DNA from: Mobula hypostoma
Taxonomy: Eukaryota
Assembly (NCBI RefSeq): GCF_963921235.1
Contig: NC_086108.1
Coordinates: 53,880,001-53,944,000 of the forward strand
Length of the DNA stretch: 64,000 bases
Direction: 5' to 3'
Of this stretch, positions 36,245-48,924 are shown piece by piece (the first letter of the stretch is position 1; each line of letters opens with the position of its first letter). The notes under the pieces are model-generated. The model had not been told where the DNA came from, made no database searches, and was given only the letters and a program-made list of their open reading frames with translations. The translations under genes were made by a program, and so were the position numbers.

Positions 36245-36545
36245 GTCAGAGTACTTCATCTTATTCTCATGTTCTGATGGGAAATCTAGAACTAGGGAAT
36301 GTAGACTGTGGATAAGTGGCCACCTATTTAAAATTGAAATGAGCTGGAATTTCATATCTGAGAGAGCCGTGAATCTATGGAAGTCTGTATGAAAGCTGTG
36401 GAGAATCTGTCATTAAGTCAAATTGAGCCTGGGAGAGAGAGAATTGTAAATTTTAGAACAATCAGCTATGTGAGAAACCCACAGAAAAGTGAAGTCAAGG
36501 GCGAGATCAGATCCACAGTCTTGAGGGACTGAGTGGCCTTCCATT
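36245..36545 (+). mobile_element. Old CR1 3' fragment
   Basis: gaaatctagaactaggg...atttaaaattgaaatgag...gtgaatctatggaa, similar to the CR1 3' ends elsewhere in the window. Confidence 0.6.
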
Positions 36546-36815
36546 TGAATAGACTGAAACAGTTGTTGATATGGTACACCATAACCAACCAAGCCATCTA
36601 ATTGCCATTTGTGGAACCTTGCGGGTCACAAGTTGATTGCCTCATCTCTCTAAATTATAAGAGTAATTCCATTTCAAATGTATCCCAGTGGTTATGAACA
36701 CTTTTGAGATTGCCTGATGTAATAAAATAATCTGTACAGATAGAAGGATTTTTTCTTATTGGAGTATGCTAATCATATTTTGTTTTTAATGCATTAACTT
36801 TTTCGTGCTAACCAG

Positions 36816-37018
36816 ATTCCAATGAAAACAACAAGATGGAAATTCTGTATATCCTGGTCCCCAGTGTGGCAATTCCTCTGGCAATTGCTCTTTTGTTCTT
36901 CTTTATCTGTATTTGTCGTAATAATCAAAAGTCATCAACTCCTGTCAATCAAAGACAGCCAAAACCCATGCGAGGCCAAAATGTTGAAATGTCCATGCTC
37001 AGTGCATACAAACCAAAG
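36816..37018 (+). CDS. ROR1: ROR1 coding exon (transmembrane and juxtamembrane)
   Basis: aaccag acceptor, gtaaga donor; 203 bp. DSNENNKMEILYILVPSVAIPLAIALLFFFICICRNNQK...VEMSMLSAYKPK. Confidence 0.95.
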
Positions 37019-37810
37019 GTAAGAAATGTTTATTTTAATGTTAATGTATTTTTCCACCATTACACTTTTGCACAACAATTTTACTTCCGTCTACTTTATC
37101 AGTTGTTGTCCTTATTGTGAACTCTACCTTGACTTAACCACTGTACAATAATAAGAAACTTTCCCAAGAAATTACTGTACTATTCCAATTTTACCTGCAA
37201 TACGTCACAGCAAATCAGTGGAAATTTTTATCATACTCATTAAGAGTGTTCTGTCACAATTCACCAGAACAACCCAAGTGGATGAGAGCAGGTTTTAAGA
37301 AATTCCCTTTCATTAAAGTGCCTCAGGAGTTTAGCCAACATCCATTTCATTGATCCTCAATATACATTTTCACTCATAGTGTTGATAGCTTTTGCACTCA
37401 TGTATAATGTGGAACCTAGACACATTTTGCTCTGAAGCATTTGGTAGTGGGTGGGAAGTTAACCAAAAAGATGTAAGGTTATGATTGAGACCACTAGGGG
37501 GCAATATCTGCATTGATGTACCGAATTGAAAATATTGATCATTGTTAGCACATCATTTGCTTCAGATGGTCTTTTACAGAAACTAATATTTAATTAATTT
37601 CAATTAAATTCTTTGCTTCAGGTGGCTTGATTGACAGTTGGTGGTTTGTTGATGATTACAGTTGTAGTAATCATTTGACAGAAGAATGTTGTATTATTCT
37701 GCAAGAAACGTTGTTATAATCTGGCAATTGTGTCCCAGTGGAAGAAAATCACACCATGTAATGAGTATCATGTAGTCTACCACATAATTGCAGAAAACAC
37801 ATTAGATGTA

Positions 37811-38740
37811 CAGTAGCATGCAAAAGTTTGGGCACCCCTGGTCAAAATGTCTGTTACTGTGAATAGCTAAGTGAGTAAAAGATGAACTGATTTCCAGAAA
37901 GCATAAAGTTGAAGATGACACATTTCTTTAATATTTTAAGCAAGAAAACTTTTTTATTTCCATCTTTTACGGTTTCAAAATAACAAAGAAGAAAAAGGGC
38001 CTGAAGCAAAAATTTGGGCACCCTGCATGGCAGTATTTAGTAACACCCCCTTTTGCAAGTATCAACAGCTTGTAAACGCTTTTTGTAGCCAGCTAAGAGT
38101 CTTTCAATTCTTGTTTGGGGGATTTTCACCCATTCTTCCTTGCAAAAGGCTTCTAGTTCTGTGAGATTCTTGGGCTGTCTTGCATGTACTGCTCTTTTGA
38201 GGTCTATCCACGGATTTTCGATGATATTTAGGTCAGGGGACTCACTGGTACAGGGAAGAATCAATTTAATTAAATACCAGCAAATTCTGGAAGCAAACAT
38301 CACACCGTCTGTAAAAAAGCCGAAGGTGAAAAGAGGATGGCTTCTCCAACAGGATAATGAACCTAAAAACACCTCAAAATCCACAATGGACGACCTCAAG
38401 AGGCGCAAGCTGAAGGTTTTGCCATGGCCCTCACAGTCCCCTGACCTAAATATCAGTCCCCTGGCTACAAAAAGCGTTTACAAGCTGTGATACTTTCCAA
38501 AGGGGGTGTTATTAAGTACTGCCATGTAGGGTGCCCAAACTTTTGCTTCGGGCCCTTTTCCTTTTTTGTTACTTTGAAACTGTAAAAGATGGAAATAAAT
38601 ATGTTTTCTTGCTTAAAGAATTAAAGAAATGTGTCATCTTTAACTTTATGCCTTTTGGAAATCAGTTTATCTTTTACTCGCTTTGCTATTCACAATAACA
38701 GAAATTTTGACCGGGGTGCCCAAATTTTTGCATGCCACTG
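37811..38740. mobile_element. Tc1/mariner IR/DR-type non-autonomous element composed of two 3' ends
   Basis: TA TSD (37809-37810, 38741-38742); CAGT...ACTG ends; >200 bp TIRs with internal direct repeat aaaa.tttgggcaccc; transposase fragments QQDN.PK, WPSQSPDLN on both strands. Confidence 0.93.
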
Positions 38741-41700
38741 TATGTACATTTTAAAAATAGAAATCATTCTCCAATCTCAGCTGGAAAGATACTGAAACAG
38801 TGCAGGGTTTTTCCTGGCATGGAGCAGAAATGCATTTGCAGCATACTACACAATGATGCCAGTCAGTTTATTTTGACATTTGCATTTCTGGTGGTCCAAA
38901 GTACATGGCACTCTGGGACCATCTCATGGCTTAGGAACTGGATACCAGCAACAGGGTGGAAACTAAAACTCATTTCCATGTATTTGAAGATATTGAGGAA
39001 ACCCTAAAATAAGGAGGGGTAACTGGAACTAAATTTTAAATGTCTTTTAAGCGTCTTTTGGAAATTAATGATGTCCATCCATATATTCAATGGTGTTTTG
39101 TTCACAAGCAGTATTCCGCAAAAACTGCATTGTTATGTCTTACAGAAATTGGTTTAGAATTTATACTATCAAATACCTAAGTGAAGGATACAGGTCAAAG
39201 CTGTTAAACAGAGATGTAACCAAGAAACTATTTTGCAAGGTTCTTAATTTCTGTCATATTGGGAATCTTTTAGTAAGCCTCAAGCATAGTATACTTAGGT
39301 TACCGGGTGGACGTAGTTTGGTAGTTTGGGATGTGATAATCCTGAGCTCAATAATACTTTTGATGTTAAATTATCAATCTTGTTCCCTGTTACGGATGTG
39401 CATTGACATGTAAATCAGTATCCTTGGATTTAACAGTCAGCTAATAGTTTCTCCATCATATTTCGTATCATAAATCTTAAAATATTTGTGTTTGCAATAA
39501 ACATATCATTTCACCTTCCTTTGATTCCTTTGTAACAGAAAATTGATATAGAATGGAATGATTCAGTTTGTGAAATTGCTATCTTGATGACTTTGAAGAG
39601 ATTCCTCTTCTGGGCCGTGCACCCTGGACAGTGTGGACAGGTTTATGGTTCTTTTTTTCAGCTCTCTTCCCTCTTTTCCTGAAATTACTGACTCTTGTTG
39701 GAATACAGGTTCACAGGTGCTGCCAGCATTCCAGTGCCTCACCCCAGTGAGCTTTCTTCATGGCTGAGCCTAGACGCCAGTAATGGTAAGCAGTTTGACT
39801 GAGGGGCCCATCACAGCTACCTTCAAAGCCTGCTCCTTCCTAATGTCCACACTCAGAAATGGGAATACTGGATGATTTTATCTCTCCTTCTGACATCTCC
39901 AGCATTTAGGCAAATAACAATACATTTGCAATTGCTCAAGCTAAATTCAGTATATTTTGAATCAGCCTACTCTGGACAGTCTTTAATGGACTAAATCGGT
40001 AAAGCTCATGTTCTTCCTTTGAAGCTTTTGATTGGTTGCAAATGATCACTACCTACCGAATTCACCATGCTAACTCCAATTGTGAGCCAACAGGGGAAGG
40101 GTGTTTGTACAACTAAGGAGTCACCATAGTAGTGCTGTTTCCCCATTTTACATTGTTTGATGACCTGATAGCCAAGACATTTTTTGAATGAAATGTTCAG
40201 AATTCTATAGGTCATTCAGCACTCCATTAGACTCACCCAGCACGTTGCTCTGAAAACAGTCAACACTTACTTTACACAGCATCTGACCTGTACTCTTCAC
40301 TGGGGGTCCTCAATGCCAACACTTGGGCTGAAGAAGAAAAAGAATCTCACTTTTTGACCGCAGAACTCTCATATCTGATAATCCCAAAACTTTAACTGAA
40401 AGTAATCAGTTCTCTGAGAACCCTAAAATGCTAATAACGGATGGCTATTACAAAATTTGCATCGCATATCTTTTTGCAAGGGATAAAAAACCAAATCATA
40501 TGACTGTATGATGCAACTCTTTGCTTAAAAAAAAAGTACTTTCTTATTAGCCTTGTTTCAGGGTACAATAAAGTTTTTGGATAATAATGCAATTAGTTTA
40601 AAATGCAAACAAGATGAAGGAAGTACGCATTCTGAGGTATGGGGAATCTGCTCATGCTGTGTGGGCCAGGCTTTTATGCCTGCTTCTGTCTTGATTGCTT
40701 GAGATGAGAATCGTTTACACTGTTTGGTCAGTTGTGCTTTAACAAGCAATTTAGTGTCAGATTTAATAATACTCTGACATATTCCCAAGGAAATGCAGTC
40801 AGCAAACTATCTAAAATAAGTTTTTAAAAGATGAATCCTGTTCTAATGGTTATGTATCATGTTTCAACAGTATAACATGGTCTTAAATGACCCTCTGTCT
40901 GTTGAAATTTCATATCAACACTTGTAGTATTCTGTCTGCAACATAAATCAGTTAATTTCTACCAGTGTAAATTACCCTGACATCTTTTACATGTTTTGCA
41001 ATGTCATCACTGAATTGAAGAGGAGGCATCCAATAATAATTCAGAGCAGAAACTGTTTCAAAAGCTGGGGAAGAGATTTTTCCTTATCAGTTTCACTGTT
41101 GGAAATTTGAGCTTTAGAACCTAAACATTCTTGTACTTCACTTCCAAAATTTAGTTCTGTCAATCAAGCTGCATCCAGTATAGTTACTGAGGACTTATAT
41201 TTGTTTGTTTATTTCTTCTCTTTCCTTGGATCTTGCGCATTGCTGACAATTCTGTGATTGATAGAGGTGAGGGTGAGTGAAGGTGATTGATCCTTGGTCT
41301 TCTTCACAGTTTTCTGCTGGACCCTCAGTAAAACTGCTATTGGGAAATTTGTGTAGACTATCGAGGCAAAACTGTATCAGTTAATCATCAGTGCAGTGCT
41401 AAAGAAGTGAGGGGAATACTGCATATTTTTAGAGGCCAAGTTTCCTCCTGTTTCATGTGAAAGCTTTGATTCTTGCTGGGGTATTGTTATATTACAATCT
41501 TTCCTGGGTTCTGGGGTTTGAAGGATCCCTTATGCTGATTGTGTGGAAGTGAGTAGAATTGACAAAGGATCATCATTAAATCCTGGATGTAGTAGCAGCC
41601 AAGACAGTTTTTGCAAGTCTCTAATTCAATATCATGATGTCAAAAGCACGCCATCTTTCAGGTAGTCCTTTTAAGTAAGTTATCATCACTTAATATATAA

Positions 41701-43975
41701 GACAAAATATCTTTTCCCTTCCAGTTTCCTTTATTGTATCCAGTTCAACTGACAATCCAAACTGAGATATATTCATTTTGACATCTCAGCTGTGGATGTG
41801 CATCAATTGATTTGAGTCTGCTGCAGCTAAAAAACTTTTTTCCCCTCCCTTCACCAGGTTCATCAGCTATCCATGTTGAGCTTCTAATAATAAATGCCGG
41901 AATTTCTAATTTATTATTAGGAAAAGTCAAATTTACTGTTTGAAAGAAACCATCTGCTTTCTACTTCCCCATGACAATGCACATCTGTCTGTCATAATTT
42001 TTGGAAATTTTCATTTGAAATCCACATCCTTCATTGTGGTACTTTTCTTAACCCTCAGAGAGAAAGATTAACCCACTTTTGTCCTCTAATTCTAATCTTA
42101 ATAATGTTGGCAAAGAGACACCATCCAACATCGAGGTATATCCCTGCCAGAAATGTCAGTTTCCTGCAGTCTATAGTCTTCTGAGGCTCCTGCTTTGACA
42201 GCAGCTTTATCATTGTCCATTGCATGTTTGCATTAGGATTTAACCAAGTCCTACATCATCTCTTCAATCATTTTTACTCATGGACCGCCTTTCCTCTGCT
42301 TTGAAATTTCCGCTAGTTTAATGCATCTTTTGCCCTTTAACTGATTTCATACCGTTCTCATATTTTCCACTGTTATTGGAGCTGCTCTTAATTGTCCATG
42401 CTATGTATAATTTAAGAGTTTTGACCTCATGACCACAACTTAAATGCGTTTTGGCATGGCATTCTATTGATTGTCCTGCTGTCTACGTTATGTATTATAG
42501 AGCTCCGCTCTTGGAGTCTTCAAACTACTTCAAAACTGGTTCTGTTAAAAAAAAGTATTGTTACGTGACCTGCCTAAACATTGTTCCATTTATTGTTTAT
42601 CAAATTATGTTTAAATTATTATGTGGATAATCAATAGCTCAACACCTGACTTTGTTCTCAATTTCAGGGTTTTCTCACTACTGTATTCTCTTCTCAAGAC
42701 TCTGATCCTCACTGTCCGTTCCTTATAAATTTAACATAGTTTTCAGTATGCTTTCATGTCATACACCATCGATACTTTAAATCTACAGACATCTCTTAGA
42801 ATAGTAACTGACTCATTACCTCTTGATCCCCTCTGTTCCCTAAAGTGAGACAATGAAAGTCTTGTTCCTTTCTATGTTTTTTTTCACACTAGTCTAACCA
42901 GCAGCTGTCACCTCCTCTTTCTGGTAGATCCACACACTTCATCCATCAGCATTACTGGATTCTCTTGCTGTGAGGTCAAATAGAATTCCCATCTCTTCTG
43001 TTGCTTAAGCTGCCTCCAGGAAGTCTGGTTTCAGTTTTTCACTTTAGACCCTTCTTTTTGTCTCAACATCTCTCAAGTCTTATAAAGTTCAGGCATATCC
43101 CAAAAGTGATTACTGCTTCTGTATCTATATCTGAGGTTGTTATAGCACCTGCCTCACACTTATAAAATTTAATAAAAATCCTGTTTTTATTTGAAGAACC
43201 GTACCACTCACCAAAACCTTGAGTCTTTTTCCCTGCATTGCAACTTTGCCTTTATCACCAATTTATTCTCTAATAAACTTCCTTGCTTTATTTTGCATTA
43301 AAAAATGTTCTGTTTCTTTCTTGTTTCTTCCATATTATTACCCTTGAATTCAAAACTTTTTCTCAAACTCGTACAAGAGCTTTACCTCCTTCAATCCTCC
43401 CCATTTCCAGTAATCCTCACACTGTTACAAACTGAACTTCATATGATCCAATTTTGATTTATCTTCATCTTCAATCTTCCTGGACTTCCTCTTACAAATT
43501 TTAAACTTGCTTTTCTGTTTCTCAGTTAAAAGCAAATCAGTAAAATGGTGCATTCTGAGATCACTTGGAGTTCTTCCAGCTGTAATTAGCTAACTTATTA
43601 TGGACTGAGACTTGAGCAAGATCTTCTTGAGTCTGAGATGAAGTAATATATTCTGTGAACTGTTTAATGACCATTTATTGGACATCGTATTGAGAGCACA
43701 GGTGAGTAAACACTTCATATATACTCCCCAGTTCTTTAGTGAAGACTAAAGTGAAACAGCAAGAGTTCGACAAGAAAGGTAATTCCATTCGTCCCGATCC
43801 TCCCTGTCAGCAGTGCTTGAATTAAATGTGGAAAGCACTTTGACGAGTTTACTTTGTGTCTCTGTAGCATTGTCACTCTGAGACTGGGTAATTGGAAATG
43901 CTGAAGTTGATGAATACAAATATGCATCTCATCCCTGTAGCACAACAGACAAGTTTCTGATCATAAAGGTTTGTA

Positions 43976-44633
43976 CAGTCGGCTCTCCATATCCGTGGGT
44001 TCTGCATCTGCGGACTCAACCAACCGTGGATCGAAAATATTCAAAAAAAAAATTCCAGAATGTTCCAAAAAGCAAAACTTGAATTTGCCGCACGCCGAGC
44101 ACTACGCTGAATCCACGCGAATGAAGAGATGTGTAGGCATACCCTGCTGTAGCCCCCCGCCATATCACAGATCCTCAGTCTCTCTCCAGCTCTAATTGTT
44201 TGAGCATTGTTCGCCTCACGTCTCGTTCGTTTGCTACTTGTATTGTGAGCGAGAGGAAGGACCTTAAGGCTAGCTATGTAAAGCGCTGCAGCCTCAAGAA
44301 CTTAAAGATCACGGGAGAATCGGCAGCAGCTCATGCTGAGGCAGCATCAGCATTCCCAGAAGAGCTACAATGGTTGAGTCTGTATTGAACATGTACAGAC
44401 TTTTTTTTTTGTCATTATTCCCTGAACAATACAGTATAACAACTATTTACATAGCATTTACATTGTATTAGGTATGATAAGTAATCTAGAGGTGATTTAA
44501 AGTACTGTATACAGGAGGATGTGCGTAGGTTATATGCAAATACAACGCCATTTTATGTAAGGGAGCATCTGCGGATTTTGGTATCCGCGGGGGGTCCTGG
44601 AACCAATCCCCCGTGGATACGGAGGGACGACTG
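43976..44633 (+). mobile_element. Tigger/pogo MITE (MER2-like) with a short transposase remnant
   Basis: TA TSD; ~24 bp TIRs cagtcggctctccatatccgtggg / cagtcgtccctccgtatccacggg; remnant LKNLKITGESAAAHAEAASAFPEEL is typical of Tigger transposases. Confidence 0.9.
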
Positions 44634-47600
44634 TATATTGATGGCATCTAAAGATTGATGCAATACAAATTCAACTTCCTTAGGAAACAAGAACTGGAAG
44701 TGTGAAAATTGGGCTAATTTTGTTCTTGGACTGGCAGTATTGATCGAACAGATATTGGGCTTGAATTTTCTGTGACCAAAGGGAATGATGTTGTGCTGAG
44801 AAAGTGAGAGCAAGATTCACACAGATTATTAGCAGAGAAAATACAAGAGAAAGCCCAGAAGACAAGAAGTTCAAGCTTCTCTTTGGACAGTGCTTGGATG
44901 TGTTTTCTTTTTCAATGCCACACGTAAGAAAATCATTTTTTTTCTGGTGGAACTATTTAATTATTATTTCTGGATCAATTTATGCTACACTGGAAATCTG
45001 ATCAGGTGCTCCCTTTTGTGAATAATACTTACATGATTGAGGCAAGTTATGCATCAGACATGCAATGGCTGCAATGTGAGTTTATATTATTGATGGGGAG
45101 ATTTGACCATGTGGTTCTAAAGCGAGGCTATCATTGAGCACTCTCAGAATAACAACATTTTTTTATTGCACTGGATTCTATGGGCACCTTAGGGTGCCTC
45201 CCTAAGGAGCCCATAGCTTGATGCTGGGGTAGTTCCTTTAATACATTTACTTATATATTTTCTTTGGAGCCTGCTAATTCCCTTTCCTCACCCCTGTCTC
45301 CACTATGCTAATTGTCGCCTTAGGCAAGTTCCCCTACTCACTACATAACCTTTTACTTTATTTTTCCAACATAATTCACTCCCAAACGTTACCTTTGTTG
45401 TGGCCCAGTCCTTTGTCATGAACCTCCCTGCCTCCATCTCTTGTCCCCAATCTTCCAAAGAGCTCTTGTCTCCTTCTGCCAGCCTTTTGTTTCCAAAATA
45501 ATCTACATTGGTATCTGCACCCAAATCCACTCCAGCCACTTTTCTGGACTTGCTGCTGTTTTCCTTTGTGTGCTCTACAATGGCCTAATGCTTCAAGTTA
45601 AGGCCTCTTTCCTAAGTAAGGTCCATTTAGTTGCTGCCAACATCCCTTGGGCCTCAGATACAGTTGAATTTTGCAGGACCAGGCCCAGAACCACCCCTGT
45701 AATTGAATTTCCAGGCTAGTATGTGTAGTAACTTTGGTTTATGTATATGTGCTCAGTCATAATCTCATAGATTTTGACATTGTATTTTAAATTATCTGTT
45801 AACTGAGATTCTCACTATTACATCCTCATCCATGACTGTGAGGTAGTTCTACTCTGAAAACTGATGAAATGAGATTGATCTATAATTTCTCTTAGCAGTT
45901 TTTGTTCCACAATTCTCTTGATCATTGTGCCTGATTCATACTCCTTCAAAAGCCATCAGCAGTTACCTAGTATTTCATCTAAATGGCTGTTGTTCAAATT
46001 AACCATCTCAGTGGTGTTGACAATCTGTTTGACTGCACATGCAATAAGTGCTGAGACTTATCCTTTTTCCATGGCCAGAAAGCATACTTTGCACTAGAAT
46101 AATGAACAGCGCCCTTAGCCAACTTTTGTTTCCTTTTTCTCCTACCCAGGAGAACGGAGGCTAATTGAGTAACCCATGGCTGCTCCAGCTGAAATTGCCC
46201 AACAGAATGAATAAAGTCTAAAGTTATTCCTGGTCTGTAAGTCTCAGGATTTGCCAATTCATATCCTCACTTATAGAATGCAAGATTAATTATATAGAAT
46301 TTTATTTTTTGGGTAGAAGATAAGAGATGATAAGTTTTTTTAAAAAATTAAAGTTATGTATAAACAGTTTATATTTCAGTTTCTTTTAAAAGGAGAATCC
46401 AGTGAAGATCCAGGGAACAAAAAAACAATGGAAAATGGGCTCTTTAATTGTTTCTTTTTTGAAACACAGTAAATGAAACCCAGACTTGCATAGTACTTAA
46501 CATAAGTGGTTTTTCAAGAAAGAGGGAGAGAAAATGAAGAAATCTGGGCTGTCTGGAGTCAGTTGTTTTTCTTCCACTGAGTTCAGTTTATCTTGGCTGG
46601 GAACCGAGTGTGTATCTTTCGTTTGCTGTACAGTTTGATCGGCTGAGTACAAGACCAGTCTGTCAAACAAAACCAAGCAGATTTGCTGCCTCCTGTTGAG
46701 ATGTAAGCCTTCTTGGATCTCTAAAGTTATGGCTCCTCTTTTCTCTTTTGATAGTCATCCAGTATCGGTGTGAAGAGACAAAAATAAAATCCACCAGGAG
46801 TCATGGAGAGGTCAATTTTCTTTTATTACTGGGTATATAATATAGTGTATGTCAGCTTAAAACAACATTGCCCTTGAGGATTTGCTCTTAATACAGACCA
46901 TCTGTGCACTTATAATGAAACTTTATTTCCTGCCATTGCTATGCAATGCATGGGTTCGTTTTTCAAATCTGTTGCAGCTTTGGAAGGATCTTAATGGTGT
47001 TTATTAAGTGGCAGAGCCTCTAGTACTCTAAAACAAGATTCTGAGTTATGAGGTGCTGCTAGAAGCACAATGTGTGTTTTTCATTTTTTTTTAAAGCCAC
47101 CTATTACAAGTTAGTTTAATATGGGCTATTTTGGAAAAACCTACTCAAAGTCACTTGAGAGGTTAATGCCTCTGCTTGCTTTTCTCTTTTTTTTCTTGAC
47201 AGCATAGTAGTTCTGAGCAAACCATCGGTTTTGAAAGGGTAAAAATTCCAACAGTACGGTCCCAGTGCAGAGTGCCTGAACCTGCTGAGAATGTAGCTTG
47301 GGAGGCCCTGTGTTCATAGTTCCCAATTTTCCACCTGTTAATTTATGCAAGTGACAAATTATATGCCATTAGCACCATTTCCCCTGACTTGCACCACTGA
47401 TAGGTGAGGGTCCACAATCAGAGAATGTAAATGTCAATGTTTTGATCTATATAATCTTTGTTTTACTTCTTTCTGGCTGAAGTATCGCAGCTGGAATGTA
47501 AGTATGTTCTTTGTTAAATACTTGACAACTGTTCTTGAATCTCTTGCATTAAAGTTAGTATGGTCATTACAGCTCCCTTTAGAAGCTCAGAGATTAAACA

Positions 47601-48924
47601 TCTTTCTTGCTTTACGTTATACTGAGTCATAGAAATCAACAAATCCTGGGTGATCCTTGGCCTTTTCCAAGCCAGCTGATTCCCATCTGGGTTGTCTGCA
47701 ATTTTTGTAATGTCTTTGACCCAGAAAAAAAAGGAAGACTAGTTCAGCACTCTTGCTCCTGATCACTCTTCAGTATCTTAGAGTGTTAGTCCTGTTAGGT
47801 TTTATAACTCTAAAACATAAAACCAATTACAGGAAAGAGACGGGAGCCCAGGAGAACGAGTCTTAGTTTTGATGTTATTTTAAGTGAGGAGCACGCTTAT
47901 GATGTGGCAGCATGATGACGTATGCCATTTATGTACTTTTACATATAACCTGAAATTATTTAAACAAATGCTTAATCAAACAATTATACATATATACAAT
48001 ATTACTTACTCAAATATTAAATACACAATACTTCTTCCTGTTTAGCTTTAAACTCCAACTCAACGTACAATGTATCTCAACTATATATACAATATATTAT
48101 ATAACTACTATATAGACATCTAGAGCACAGTAAATATTTATTTGTCCCATACAGATTTAATTTCTGTGGAGGCTTTCTTATTCTTATGGGATAATGTCTT
48201 TCCTGACGGGGTGGAGGAGGGGTCACTCTACTTGGCAGGTGAGACTTGTGGCTGTGAAACAATCTCAGGTTCTGGGGCCTCTTCTGTGGTGCTTGTAGGA
48301 GTTGATTCCGGGTTTGCAGCTCTGGATACCCTTCATCTGGACGTGTTAGCATGCTGAATAGTGCACGGCAAACTTCACTGGGTAATGTGAATCATAAATT
48401 GTGAGTACAGTGTCTGACTTCACCATTTCCTTTAGCTTTTGGAAAGCCACCTCACATTGCTTTGTCCATTGCCATTTCTTCCTCATCTGCAGTAATGAAT
48501 TCAAGGGGTAGAGCACAGTAGCCAGGTTAGGCAGGAACCTAATTGACAAATCCTAAATGCCTCATCCTTTGCCTGAATTTTCTCAGCACACTCGTGTAAT
48601 CCTTGTGCAAAGGTGGTATGACCACAGTAAATAATGCTTGGTTTAAAGAATTCACACGTTACATTGTGCTCTGAGCCCATAATCTTCTAATTTTTTTGAA
48701 ACTGTGCTGAGATTTTGAAGATGTTTCTTGTCATCCATACTGGTAACTATGATGTTATCCAGGTAACACTAAGTACATGAGCAGCCTTGTAGCACCTGGT
48801 TCATAGCTTTCTGCCAGAGCGCAGGTGCAGATGCTACTCCAAAAGTAAGCCTATTATAATGAGAAAGCCCTTTGTGAGTGTTTCTGGTGAGGAACACTTT
48901 GGACTCTATTTTATCCTTAATATA

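Noticed and set aside
36800..36815. ctaac next to the acceptor suggesting a U12-type intron
   Set aside because: The donor is gtaagg, not RTATCCTT; ordinary U2 intron.
41600..43560. Pyrimidine-rich stretch possibly from an ancient minus-strand retroelement
   Set aside because: No protein motif could be recovered by eye.
46380..46860. Possible conserved non-coding enhancer in the last intron
   Set aside because: Repeat-free with TF-like motifs, but conservation cannot be shown without alignments.
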